Shown: positions 55,044 to 64,000 of the stretch, piece by piece
Position numbering within the stretch: the stretch's first letter is position 1
Layout: each line of letters begins with the position of its first letter
Source: Oscillospiraceae bacterium
GTDB lineage: Bacteria > Bacillota > Clostridia > Oscillospirales > Ruminococcaceae
Length of the DNA: 64,000 nucleotides
NCBI GenBank assembly: GCA_029007985.1
Contig: JAQXIW010000026.1
Location: 560-64,559, forward strand
Reading direction: 5' to 3'
Notes under the pieces: generated by a model
What the model was told of the DNA's origin: nothing
The model's input: only the letters and a program-made list of their open reading frames with translations
The model's database searches: none
Program-made: the position numbers and the translations under genes

Positions 55044-55215
55044 TTCATTACCTCACATAATAAGATTTGTTTTCATTATATCATCAAATTGTAAAAAATT
55101 ATTGTAATTTTCAAAAAATAAACGCATTTTAATATGTTTTATAAAAATTTATAACCGTTGATTACATCGGTATACATATGTTATTATATATAAGATAAAA
55201 TAAAAGGAGTAAAAA

Positions 55216-56811
55216 ATGCTGATAATTAACGAACTTACACACGAATTTGACGGCCGCACGCTGTTCAAAGATGTGAATCTCGTATTCAACGACGGCAACT
55301 GCTACGGTATTATCGGCGCAAACGGCGCAGGTAAATCCACATTGCTGAAAATTATATCCGGTCGGCGTGAAGCCACAAAGGGTGAAATAACCATGGGCAA
55401 GAACGAGAGAATGTCCGTTCTTGAACAGGACCATTTCAAATACGACAACTATACCGTTATGGAGACGGTCATTATGGGCAACCCGCGTCTTTACCGGGTT
55501 ATGAAAGAAAAGGACGAATTGTACATGAAGCCGGATTTCTCCGAGGCAGACGGCGAGAGAGCCGCCGAATTGGAGGGCGAATTTGCCGAGTTGGACGGCT
55601 GGGAGGCGGAAAACGAAGTGTCACGGCTGCTGAACGGGTTAGGCGTGGCAAAGGAGTTGCATTACGGCGGGATGGCTAATCTCAAAGGCAGAGATAAGGT
55701 TAAAGTCCTGTTGGCAAAAGCGCTTTTCGGCAAGCCGTCAATCATTTTGTTGGACGAGCCTACAAACGACTTGGACATCGACGCTATAGAATGGCTGGAG
55801 GAATGGATAATAGATTTTCCGGGTACGGTTTTAGTAGTATCCCACGACAGACATTTTCTGAACACGGTCTGTACCTACACCGTCGACATAGATTACGGCA
55901 AAATCAAAATGTACGCCGGCAACTATGATTTTTGGTATGAGTCGTCTCAACTTATGAATCAGCTCATCAAAAACCAAAACAAGAAAAAAGAGGAAAAAAT
56001 TAAACAGCTGGAGGAATTCATCAGAAGATTTTCCGCCAACAAGTCCAAGTCTAAACAGGCGACCTCGAGAAAGAAAATCCTCGACAACATTCAGCTGGAG
56101 GAAATGCCGGCGTCATCGAGAAGATACCCGTTTGTACAGTTTGTTCAGGACAGGGAGGTCGGCAAAGATGTTTTGGAGGTGTCCAATCTCACAAAGACCA
56201 TCGACGGCGTAAAGGTTTTGGACAATGTGTCATTCATCGTAAAGCGACTTGACAAAATCGCTCTCGTGGGCGATAACGAGGCAGGTCAGACGGCGCTTTT
56301 CAAAATACTCAACGGCGAAACCGAGCCGGATTCCGGCAGCTTCAAATGGGGCGTTTCCACATCGAGAAGCTATTTTCCAAAGGACAACGGCGAATTTTTC
56401 AACGACTCGCCGTACAATATGGTGGAATGGCTGGCGCAGTATTCAAAAGACCAGACCGAGAGCTTTTTGCGCGGTTTCTTGGGCAGAATGCTGTTCTCCG
56501 GCGACGAGGTCTACAAAAAGGTCAAAGTCCTGTCCGGCGGCGAAAAAGTCAGATGTATGCTGGCGAGAATGATGTTAAAAGAGGCCAATGTCATAATGCT
56601 CGACCAGCCGACAAACCATTTGGATTTGGAATCCATCACCGCTGTCAACAATGGGCTTGCGGATTTTAAGGGCACGGCGATTTTTGCCTCTCACGACCAC
56701 CAGTTTATACAGTCCGTTGCCAACAGAATAATAGAAATAAACGCCGACGGCTCAATTACCGACCGGCCGATGACATTTGAAGAATACATAGATTGGAAAC
56801 ACAACAGATAA
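55216..56811 (+). CDS. ABC-F family ATPase (two ABC domains, no TM domain)
   Basis: Two Walker A sites (GANGAGKST; GDNEAGQT, degenerate), two LSGG signatures, and a charged inter-domain linker (KKKEEKIKQLEEFIRRF). Confidence 0.9.
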   Translation: MLIINELTHEFDGRTLFKDVNLVFNDGNCYGIIGANGAGKSTLLKIISGRREATKGEITMGKNERMSVLEQDHFKYDNYTVMETVIMGNPRLYRVMKEKDELYMKPDFSEADGERAAELEGEFAELDGWEAENEVSRLLNGLGVAKELHYGGMANLKGRDKVKVLLAKALFGKPSIILLDEPTNDLDIDAIEWLEEWIIDFPGTVLVVSHDRHFLNTVCTYTVDIDYGKIKMYAGNYDFWYESSQLMNQLIKNQNKKKEEKIKQLEEFIRRFSANKSKSKQATSRKKILDNIQLEEMPASSRRYPFVQFVQDREVGKDVLEVSNLTKTIDGVKVLDNVSFIVKRLDKIALVGDNEAGQTALFKILNGETEPDSGSFKWGVSTSRSYFPKDNGEFFNDSPYNMVEWLAQYSKDQTESFLRGFLGRMLFSGDEVYKKVKVLSGGEKVRCMLARMMLKEANVIMLDQPTNHLDLESITAVNNGLADFKGTAIFASHDHQFIQSVANRIIEINADGSITDRPMTFEEYIDWKHNR

Positions 56812-56825
56812 TTGTGTTTTGACGG

Positions 56826-56854
56826 TTGACAAATGTCATTCCGAGTAGTACAAT
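56826..56854 (+). promoter_or_regulatory. Sigma-A type promoter of the leader upstream of the second M20 gene
   Basis: TTGACA, 17-nt spacer, TACAAT. Confidence 0.7.
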
Positions 56855-56885
56855 GAATTTACAAAACTAATCGGAGGTCGTCTGT

Positions 56886-56954
56886 ATGTTCGCACAAACA
56901 TCATTTTATTTTTACTTTACATATGCGGACTTTGCAGACACCGAAAAAATCTGA
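56886..56954 (+). CDS. Candidate 22-aa leader peptide MFAQTSFYFYFTYADFADTEKI
   Basis: GGAGG lies 8 nt upstream of the ATG. The ORF sits between a consensus promoter and an intrinsic terminator. 8 of 22 residues are Phe or Tyr. Confidence 0.4.
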   Translation: MFAQTSFYFYFTYADFADTEKI

Positions 56955-56977
56955 GCGATTTACAGGTGAATAACAAG

Positions 56978-57020
56978 TCCGCTGTTTGTGATTGAAAAAT
57001 CCGACACAGCGGGCTTTTTG
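56978..57020 (+). terminator. Intrinsic terminator in the 5' leader of the M20 gene (attenuator)
   Basis: CCGCTGT...ACAGCGG stem with inner GATT/AATC pairing, followed by GCTTTTTGTTT. Confidence 0.6.
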
Positions 57021-57060
57021 TTTAACTTAAATACGCCGACACATGAGGAGGTTATTAAAT

Positions 57061-58410
57061 ATGTGGGATCCGATAGAACAAAAAATCATTGACATCATCG
57101 ACTCAAAGCGGGATGAAATCATCGCGTTCGGCGACGACATCTGGCACCACGCCGAGCTGGGCTACAAAGAAGTACGCACAGTCGGCAAGTATACAGAGTG
57201 GATGGAGAAACTCGGCCTCGAGACAGAACAGGGCTGGGCTATCACAGGCGCAAAGACATATCTTAACCCAAAGGGCACAACAGAGGGCCCGACTCTCGCC
57301 GTAATGGGCGAAATGGACGCTTTGCCGATTCCGAACAACCCGGATTCCTACCAGGGCAACGCACACTGCTGCGGCCATAACGCACAGATTACAGGCGTTG
57401 TAGGCGCGGCTCTGGCATTGACAGACCCTGAGGTAAAGGCTGCTCTCGGCGGCAACATCTGCTTTATGGCTGTACCTGCCGAAGAATTCGTAGACATCAC
57501 ATACAAGTCAAACCTTATGAAAGAGGGCAAGCTCCACTACGGCGGAGGCAAATGCGAGCTCATTCGCGTCGGCGCAATGGACGATATCGACATCGCTCTC
57601 GGCCACCACACAAGCACATCACAGATGGGTATTATGAACGGCACATCTAACGGCTTTATCAACAAGACAGTCACATTCACAGGCCGTTCCGCACACGCCG
57701 CAGGCATGCCTCACGAGGGCGTAGACGCTCTCAACGCCGCTACAATCGCCATGGTAAACGCAGCATTCCAGCAGGAATCATACAGAGATGAGGACTCGGT
57801 CAGAGTACACGGCTTTGTACAGGAGGGCGGCACAGCCGTCAATGTTATCGCCGACCATGTCGTAATGCAGTGGTGCACAAGAGGCAAGACACCTGAAGCA
57901 TACAAAGACGCGTCCGACAAGCTCGACCGTTCGCTCAAAGCCGCCGCTGTCGCAACAGGCTGCGGTCTCCACATCGAGTCGATGGCAGGCTATATGTCAG
58001 AGGTATCAAACCCGCATATCGAAGTCATCAAATCCGTTCTCGACGATATAGCCGCCGAGGGCAAGTACACCGAAATAAAGATTGATGAAGGTCACTCAAC
58101 AGGCTCCGACGACTACGGCGACATCTCTTGCCTTATGCCTCTCGTTCACTTCTCGACAGGCGGCGCGGCAGGCGCAGTACACAACCCGACATTCCATTTT
58201 GAAGACCAGTACCTCGCTTATGTCGTCACTTCAAAGATTTTTGCTCTCACGGCATACAGACTTATGAAGGACGGCGCAAAGGCTGCAAAAGAAAACATTG
58301 CGGACTACAAGCCGGTATTCACAAAGGAGGAATACATCGCATTCCAGGATTCAATGCAGACATCATTCGATATGCCTATGGATCCTCTTCCAATCGTCGG
58401 CAAAAAATAA
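57061..58410 (+). CDS. M20 family amidohydrolase/peptidase (AbgB-like)
   Basis: GEMDALPI, HCCGHNAQ and VPAEE blocks. Start set at the ATG after GAGGAGG. Confidence 0.9.
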   Translation: MWDPIEQKIIDIIDSKRDEIIAFGDDIWHHAELGYKEVRTVGKYTEWMEKLGLETEQGWAITGAKTYLNPKGTTEGPTLAVMGEMDALPIPNNPDSYQGNAHCCGHNAQITGVVGAALALTDPEVKAALGGNICFMAVPAEEFVDITYKSNLMKEGKLHYGGGKCELIRVGAMDDIDIALGHHTSTSQMGIMNGTSNGFINKTVTFTGRSAHAAGMPHEGVDALNAATIAMVNAAFQQESYRDEDSVRVHGFVQEGGTAVNVIADHVVMQWCTRGKTPEAYKDASDKLDRSLKAAAVATGCGLHIESMAGYMSEVSNPHIEVIKSVLDDIAAEGKYTEIKIDEGHSTGSDDYGDISCLMPLVHFSTGGAAGAVHNPTFHFEDQYLAYVVTSKIFALTAYRLMKDGAKAAKENIADYKPVFTKEEYIAFQDSMQTSFDMPMDPLPIVGKK

Positions 58411-58418
58411 TAACACTG

Positions 58419-58445
58419 ACCCCGAGCAATCGGGGTTTTGTTTTG
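58419..58445 (+). terminator. Rho-independent terminator
   Basis: ACCCCGA-GCAA-TCGGGGT followed by TTTGTTTT. Confidence 0.8.
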
Positions 58446-58490
58446 CCATTTTTCATAAATATGATATAATGTATTAAAAGGGGTATTGAT

Positions 58491-58733
58491 ATGATAAATT
58501 ATGAAAAAGCAAAGGAAAGAGCCTTGAAAATTGACGGCTCGGTGAACGCCGCCAGAGATGTGGGCATAGGCTGGATATTTGAAAACTCCGAATCAGGGGA
58601 CGGCGGCCCGTTTTTGATGATTAAAAAAGAGGGCGACGCGGTCGAGGATATTTTAGATTTTTTAGAGGAGTATATGCGGCAAGAAACAAAGACGGACATC
58701 CCTCTTGACTTTGATTCCGGGGAGCCGCTGTGA
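58491..58733 (+). CDS. Hypothetical small acidic protein
   Basis: 80-aa ORF with RBS AAAGGGG. Confidence 0.5.
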   Translation: MINYEKAKERALKIDGSVNAARDVGIGWIFENSESGDGGPFLMIKKEGDAVEDILDFLEEYMRQETKTDIPLDFDSGEPL

Positions 58734-58736
58734 GAG

Positions 58737-59270
58737 ATGAGAAACGCAAAAGACAGAATAAAAAAAGCGCTTGCCGAATTGAGCAGGCAAAAGGACTTTG
58801 CCGATATTTCGGTTAAATCAATCTTTGAGGCGGCCGGCGTGTCAAAACAGTCTTTTTACAACTATTATTTGGACAAATACGATGTGGTGTTTGATTTGTT
58901 CAGAGACGACATTAAACAGCAGGGCGGCGACGATGTTTTTCTCAACCCGTCGGAAATGATGTTAAACGCCGATAAGCTCGCCGAAAACAAGGATTTATAT
59001 CTTTCCGCCTTTTACGACGACAGCTATAAAATATTGCCGTATATAGTTGAGTACGCCTATTCAAAAAACATAGCCACCCTGGAAAAAATCTTAGGGCCGG
59101 ACGCCGTATCGGAACAGGACAAATACAATGTCAGGGTGTGGGTTTACGGCGGTATGCACATTTTTACCGAATGGCTCGCCGGCAGAATAGACACCCCGAA
59201 AGAAAAGTTGCTGGAATATTCCTACAACAGCGTGCCGGATATAATTAAAAGAGCCGAAAAACTTAAATAA
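58737..59270 (+). CDS. TetR-family-like transcriptional regulator
   Basis: N-terminal HTH-like ISVKSIFEAAGVSKQSFYNYY. Confidence 0.7.
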   Translation: MRNAKDRIKKALAELSRQKDFADISVKSIFEAAGVSKQSFYNYYLDKYDVVFDLFRDDIKQQGGDDVFLNPSEMMLNADKLAENKDLYLSAFYDDSYKILPYIVEYAYSKNIATLEKILGPDAVSEQDKYNVRVWVYGGMHIFTEWLAGRIDTPKEKLLEYSYNSVPDIIKRAEKLK

Positions 59271-59378
59271 GTAAATATATACAAAAAAATTACAATAATT
59301 ATCAAAGAATTTATTGAAAAGTACATTTGATTATGTTATCATAAAGCCAGGAATAATTTTTTTGCGAAAGGACAGATT

Positions 59379-60833
59379 ATGATTTTACAGGACTACAAAC
59401 AGATTGACAACTGCAGCACGATTATCGTGGGCAAAAATGCGTCTGCCACCGGCAAAGTGCTTATGGCACACAATGAGGACGATATGAATTGCCTGGTACA
59501 GACACATGTTGTACCGAGAAAAACCCACCCGGACGGAGAGACAATTATTTACAAGGACGGCCCGGCGGTAATTCCTCAGGTCAAAGAGACCTTCAAATAC
59601 ACCTGGTCGGAATTCAGATCTCCGAACGGCGAGTCTTTTGCCGACGGATTTGCCAACGAAAACGGCGTTGTGGTGGTGTCTAACGGCTGTATCGGCACAA
59701 ACCAGGACGAAAACGACCCTCAGCCAAAGGGTATCGGCTATGCTTTGAGACAGATTATCGCCGAAAGAGCCACTTCCGCCCGCCACGGCGTTGAAATTGC
59801 CGCCGAAATGATAAAGACTTACGGCTACATAAGCACCCGTTCGTACACAATCGTCGACAAGGACGAGGGCTGGTTCTTCCAGGTCACTACAGGCACAAAC
59901 TATGTGGCAAAGAGAATAGGCGACGACGAAATCGCCTACATCCCGAACTGGCTGACAATTCACTCGGTTGACTTTACCGACACCGAGCACAAAAACTACT
60001 ATTGGTCGGACACTCTGGTGTCTTATCCGATGTCGCACGGCTGGTATAAGCCTGCCGTCGAGGGCGATTATTCCGACTTTGACTTTGCACGGGCATATCA
60101 GGCGCCGGGCGAAATGGTCAAATCAAATATGGACCGTTCGGATTTGGCATGGTCTCAGCTTGTGGGTGAAAAATTGCCGTACAAGACAACCTGTGTCAAA
60201 GCGCCGAAAATTTACACGATAGACGACCTCAAAAAAGTTTTGCGCTCGCACTATATGGAGTGGGAAGAAGATTTGAAAGCCGACCCGACAATGTCGCCGC
60301 ATAGATACGGTATCTGCCGCGACACTACGGTGGAATCCCTCGTAGTCGAATTTTCCGATAAGCCTGAGACTTCTGTGGTTTGGAGAGCTTCTCCGCGCCC
60401 GTGCGTCATGCCGTACACACCGTGGTTTATCGGCATTGAAAGAAACCCGACAGGCTATGAATGGAACACGACCGAGGCCTCGAGAAAAACTCATCTCTCA
60501 CCGGACGCCGACGAATTTAAGTACAACAAAGACTTTGCGTACTGGGCTTTCCGCACATTGCAGAACACAATGGAATTTAACTACCCGGCGGTAGCGGACA
60601 AGGTACACGCCGACATCGCTAAATTGGAAGCGGAATGGAAAGTCACCGTGCCTGAGATAATCAAGACATACGATACTCTCGACAAGGTAAATCACGAATA
60701 CGCAGTCAGACTGCTGACAGATTTTACCTGCGCACAGGCACAAAAAGCTTGGGATTGGGCTCTCGGTGAAAATTCCGAAATCACAGACCTTATCGACAAA
60801 CAGAGAATGGATTTCTGGAGAAGCAAACTTTGA
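59379..60833 (+). CDS. C69 family dipeptidase (Ntn-hydrolase)
   Basis: Nucleophile context DNCSTIIVGKNASATGKVLMAHNED after a short propeptide. Size is typical of C69. Confidence 0.8.
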   Translation: MILQDYKQIDNCSTIIVGKNASATGKVLMAHNEDDMNCLVQTHVVPRKTHPDGETIIYKDGPAVIPQVKETFKYTWSEFRSPNGESFADGFANENGVVVVSNGCIGTNQDENDPQPKGIGYALRQIIAERATSARHGVEIAAEMIKTYGYISTRSYTIVDKDEGWFFQVTTGTNYVAKRIGDDEIAYIPNWLTIHSVDFTDTEHKNYYWSDTLVSYPMSHGWYKPAVEGDYSDFDFARAYQAPGEMVKSNMDRSDLAWSQLVGEKLPYKTTCVKAPKIYTIDDLKKVLRSHYMEWEEDLKADPTMSPHRYGICRDTTVESLVVEFSDKPETSVVWRASPRPCVMPYTPWFIGIERNPTGYEWNTTEASRKTHLSPDADEFKYNKDFAYWAFRTLQNTMEFNYPAVADKVHADIAKLEAEWKVTVPEIIKTYDTLDKVNHEYAVRLLTDFTCAQAQKAWDWALGENSEITDLIDKQRMDFWRSKL

Positions 60834-60870
60834 TTTTGCTCTCTGATATTCGGGGAAATAATAAGGGTAT

Positions 60871-60896
60871 AAAGGGCGAGCAATCGCCCTTTTTTC
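60871..60896 (+). terminator. Rho-independent terminator
   Basis: AAAGGGCGA-GCAA-TCGCCCTTTTTT. Confidence 0.85.
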
Positions 60897-61170
60897 TGTT
60901 ATTGTGTCCGTGTACAAATTATTACAAATTTATTACACTGACTTCATTGATATTATGAAATATATAAAAAGCACCGCCAATGATTCGATGTTTATTATTA
61001 AAATTATATTTATTTATGCAAATACGATAAAAAATAGTAAGTCTGTATAAAAAATTCTATTTATATTGTATAAAAACACAATAGAATATGAGCAAAAATG
61101 GTGTTATACTTAATTCAAATAAAACATTTGTTGTATAAAATAATGATTCGGGGGTGCTCGCGTTACTCTG

Positions 61171-61184
61171 TGGAAACGGTTTCA
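61171..61184 (+). promoter_or_regulatory. cre-like / LacI-family operator palindrome
   Basis: TGGAAACGGTTTCA compared with the cre consensus TGWAANCGNTNWCA (one mismatch). Lies 22 nt upstream of the LacI-family gene. Confidence 0.45.
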
Positions 61185-61205
61185 TAAAAGAGAGCGGCGT
61201 AAAAT

Positions 61206-62225
61206 ATGTCAATTACAATTAAAGATGTCGCCAGACTTTCAAATGTTTCCGTCAGCACGGTGTCGAGAGTATTAAACAATAATCCGTCGGTCAGCGACGA
61301 GGTCAGGCGGCGCGTTTCAGCCGTGATAAAAGAGCACAATTTCGTGCCGCACGAAGGGCGGGCGAACTTGGCAAAGCCAAAAACAAACGCAATCGGCCTT
61401 TTGATGAGAGGCGCCGGCAACGCTTTCTTTACAGGTATGGTGATGAGTTTTGAAAGAGAGGCGGCGGCTCGAGGCTACTCTTTGGCGGTAAAACAGATAG
61501 GCGAGAGAGAAGACGAGATGATATGCGCTCCGGCTTTCGTCAAGGAAAAAAACCTGAAAGGCATCATTCTTTTAGGCGGTAAATTCGACTTTTCAAAAGC
61601 CGAGACCGAAAGAATCAACGCACCCTTTGTATGCTGTACATTTACAAACAGCTTCGGCGAAATTCGGGAAAGCCGGTATTCGTCGATATGCGCCGACGAC
61701 ATTGGCATAGGCTTTAAGGCGGTAAATCATCTTATAGACAACGGCCACAGACGAATTGCGGCTCTTTTGCGGAATACACGGGATAAATCCATCAGTGAAT
61801 TGAGATACAAAGGTTATGAAAAAGCGCTGAGAGAGAGAAGTATCCCGATAGATGATAAACTGGTCATGAACTGCGGCGATTACAGTATGAAAAACGCCTA
61901 TGAGACCACCCTGAAGCTGATTGATTCCGGCGAAAAGTTTACCGCTGTGTTCACAGGTTCCGACATAATGGCAATCGGGGCGATAAAAGCTCTGTTTGAC
62001 AGGGGGATAGCCGTGCCGGACGATTGCAGCGTCATCGGGGTGGACGGCTTAGAGTCGTCGCTGTACTGTATACCTACTCTCACTACAATGGTACAGCCCG
62101 CCGAAAAAATGGCTGTCGGCGCAGTGGATATTCTGGACAGGCTGATAAAGGGCGAATGTTCCTATCGGCATATTACTGCGGAAGTCCGGCTCAGAGAGGG
62201 CGGCAGCGTTAAAAATATTTTGTAA
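61206..62225 (+). CDS. LacI family transcriptional regulator
   Basis: N-terminal HTH ITIKDVARLSNVSVSTVSRVLNN plus a periplasmic-binding-fold sugar sensor domain. Confidence 0.9.
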   Translation: MSITIKDVARLSNVSVSTVSRVLNNNPSVSDEVRRRVSAVIKEHNFVPHEGRANLAKPKTNAIGLLMRGAGNAFFTGMVMSFEREAAARGYSLAVKQIGEREDEMICAPAFVKEKNLKGIILLGGKFDFSKAETERINAPFVCCTFTNSFGEIRESRYSSICADDIGIGFKAVNHLIDNGHRRIAALLRNTRDKSISELRYKGYEKALRERSIPIDDKLVMNCGDYSMKNAYETTLKLIDSGEKFTAVFTGSDIMAIGAIKALFDRGIAVPDDCSVIGVDGLESSLYCIPTLTTMVQPAEKMAVGAVDILDRLIKGECSYRHITAEVRLREGGSVKNIL

Positions 62226-62276
62226 TTTATGCCCGACAGGGCGTGAATATATAATTTTCAAAGGAGAAAACCAAAA

Positions 62277-63575
62277 ATGAAAAAAGTATTGGCACTTGTA
62301 CTTGCATTGGTTGTTTGCCTCGGTGTTTTCGCCGGCTGTTCAAGCAACAAAGATACAGGTACATCAACAGACACCGGTTCGGTTTATTGGCTGAACTTCA
62401 AACCGGAAGCTGACGAGGCTTTCCAGAAGCTTGCTAAGGCTTACACAGAAGAGACAGGTGTTCCGGTAACAGTTGTAACTGCTGCTTCGGGTACATACCA
62501 GCAGACACTTACATCCGAAATGGACAAATCAACACCTCCTACGCTCTATGTCGTAACAGGCTCGGAAGAAATGAAGTCATGGGCTGACTACGCTTATGAC
62601 CTCACAGGCTCAAAGATTGCCGCCGACCTCACAAACGACTCATTCAAGCTCTACACAGAAGACGGCAAATTCGGCGGTATCGCATACTGCTACGAAGCAT
62701 ACGGCCTTATCGTAAACAAGACCCTTCTTGCAGAAGCAGGTTACTCACTTGAAGACGTTTATGACTTCGCATCACTCAAAGCTGTTTGCGAAGACATCCA
62801 CGCAAGAAGCGCAGAGCTCGGCTTTGACGCATTCACATCTTCAGGTATGGACGCTTCTTCTTCATGGAGATTCACAGGCCACCTCCTCGGTCTCCCTCTC
62901 TACTATGAAAAGGAAGCTCAGGGCTACACAAGCCAGCCTGCAACACTTACAGGCGAATATCTTGACAACTTCAAGATGATTTGGGACCTCTACCTCGACA
63001 ATTCTGCCTATGACCCTGCAACACTTGCAACAGGCGGTTATGACGCAGAAAAAGAATTCCTCGACGGCAAAGCAGTCTTCTATCAGAACGGCACATGGGA
63101 ATACTCGGCACTTTCCGCTAAGTACACAAACGATGAACTCGCTATGATTCCTATCTACTGCGGCGTTGACGGCGAAGAGAACTCGGGCGTTTCTTCAGGC
63201 ACAGGTAACATTTGGGTTGTTAACTCAAAGGCAAAACAGGCCGACATCGACGCAACACTTGAATTCATGTATTGGTGCGTATCTTCCGATGTAGGCACAG
63301 AAATATTCGCACAGGAACTCGGCGGCGTACCTTATAAGAATGCAGCCGAATCACCGAACGTATTCTTCCGGTATGCAGACAAGTACCTTGCAGAAGGCAA
63401 GTACAATGTTGACTGGGATATGTCCACTTGGACACCTAACACAGACGCATTCAGAGCAGGTATCGTTTCCGCTATGAACAAGTATGACGCTGACAGAACA
63501 GACGCCAACTGGGCAGAAGTTGTAACAGCCGTTACACAGGGTTGGGCTAACCAGTACAAAGCTGCTAATCCATAA
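62277..63575 (+). CDS. ABC transporter sugar-binding lipoprotein (solute-binding family 1)
   Basis: Lipobox LGVFAGCSS. 432 aa with typical extracellular SBP composition. Followed by a permease gene. Confidence 0.9.
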   Translation: MKKVLALVLALVVCLGVFAGCSSNKDTGTSTDTGSVYWLNFKPEADEAFQKLAKAYTEETGVPVTVVTAASGTYQQTLTSEMDKSTPPTLYVVTGSEEMKSWADYAYDLTGSKIAADLTNDSFKLYTEDGKFGGIAYCYEAYGLIVNKTLLAEAGYSLEDVYDFASLKAVCEDIHARSAELGFDAFTSSGMDASSSWRFTGHLLGLPLYYEKEAQGYTSQPATLTGEYLDNFKMIWDLYLDNSAYDPATLATGGYDAEKEFLDGKAVFYQNGTWEYSALSAKYTNDELAMIPIYCGVDGEENSGVSSGTGNIWVVNSKAKQADIDATLEFMYWCVSSDVGTEIFAQELGGVPYKNAAESPNVFFRYADKYLAEGKYNVDWDMSTWTPNTDAFRAGIVSAMNKYDADRTDANWAEVVTAVTQGWANQYKAANP

Positions 63576-63696
63576 TCGGTCAGTAAAGCCATAACAGTTT
63601 GATAAAAGCCGGGGCGTCGGTGGCGCCTCGGCAATATCAAATTGTATGTAAGGTTTTCAAATTTGAATCGGAAAAAGATTTATTGGGAGAAGATCT

Positions 63697-64000
63697 ATGA
63701 AAAAGAAACGCAGAGGTGATGGCTCAACTGTCAACTCCAAGTTAATCAGAGGCCCTATAATGAAGTGCTTCCCGCTTTTCTTGTTGCCGACCGTTGCAGC
63801 TTTCTTTATCGGATTTATATATCCTTTCCTCAAAGGCTTCTACCTGTCGTTCTGTACATTCCAGACGACGAGTAACGCCAAGTGGGTAGGTTTACAAAAC
63901 TATATCACGGCTTTTAACGACAAGTCGTTCAGACACGCGTTTACATATACTGCCGGTTTTGCGATTGTCACGGTTATTTTGATTAACCTTTTCGCATTTA
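63697..64000 (+). CDS. Sugar ABC transporter permease (MalF/UgpA-like), 5' part, runs off the window
   Basis: ATG after GGGAGA. Translation MKKKRRGDG...LFLLPTVAAFFIGFIYPFLKGFYLSF...WVGLQNYITAF is typical of a permease N-terminus. The ORF is open to the window end. Confidence 0.8.
   Translation, partial: MKKKRRGDGSTVNSKLIRGPIMKCFPLFLLPTVAAFFIGFIYPFLKGFYLSFCTFQTTSNAKWVGLQNYITAFNDKSFRHAFTYTAGFAIVTVILINLFAF

Noticed and set aside
55216-56954. The leader peptide at 56886 could belong to an antibiotic-resistance ABC-F attenuator.
   Set aside because: The leader lies downstream of the ABC-F gene, after its stop codon and behind its own promoter. It therefore controls the M20 gene. The ABC-F gene has no upstream leader ORF or terminator.

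Overview
Chromosomal window from an anaerobic Firmicute, probably a gut Clostridia/Oscillospiraceae-type genome. The inference rests on GGAGG ribosome-binding sites, T-box and TPP leaders, nrdDG, feoAB, DegV and thiW. I call about 66 protein genes, mostly housekeeping or metabolic. They include GH32 fructosidase, a 3-gene soluble molybdoenzyme operon, rsgA, a thiamine salvage operon (thiW-thiM-thiE-thiD-tenA), a MacB/FtsX-type ABC system with a surface protein, two M20 amidohydrolases, FeoAB, rarA, nrdDG, tandem PatB/MalY C-S lyase paralogs, add, a small alarmone synthetase, an ABC-F ATPase, a C69 dipeptidase and a LacI-regulated sugar ABC importer. RNA features are tRNA-Ala(CGC), an orphan 5S rRNA with its own promoter, a TPP riboswitch followed by a second partial TPP-like element, and a Cys-specifier T-box. 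There is also a candidate Phe/Tyr-rich leader-peptide attenuator and tandem NrdR boxes. I found no transposase, integrase, CRISPR array or phage genes. The most unusual signal is non-coding. Four intergenic clusters (about 2.3 kb in total) are built from a modular family of double-hairpin repeats. These include five copies of a 150-210 bp composite palindromic unit. The hairpin stems differ in sequence between copies but always stay self-complementary, and the units carry nested insertions. All coordinates and alignments were made by eye, so boundaries are approximate.
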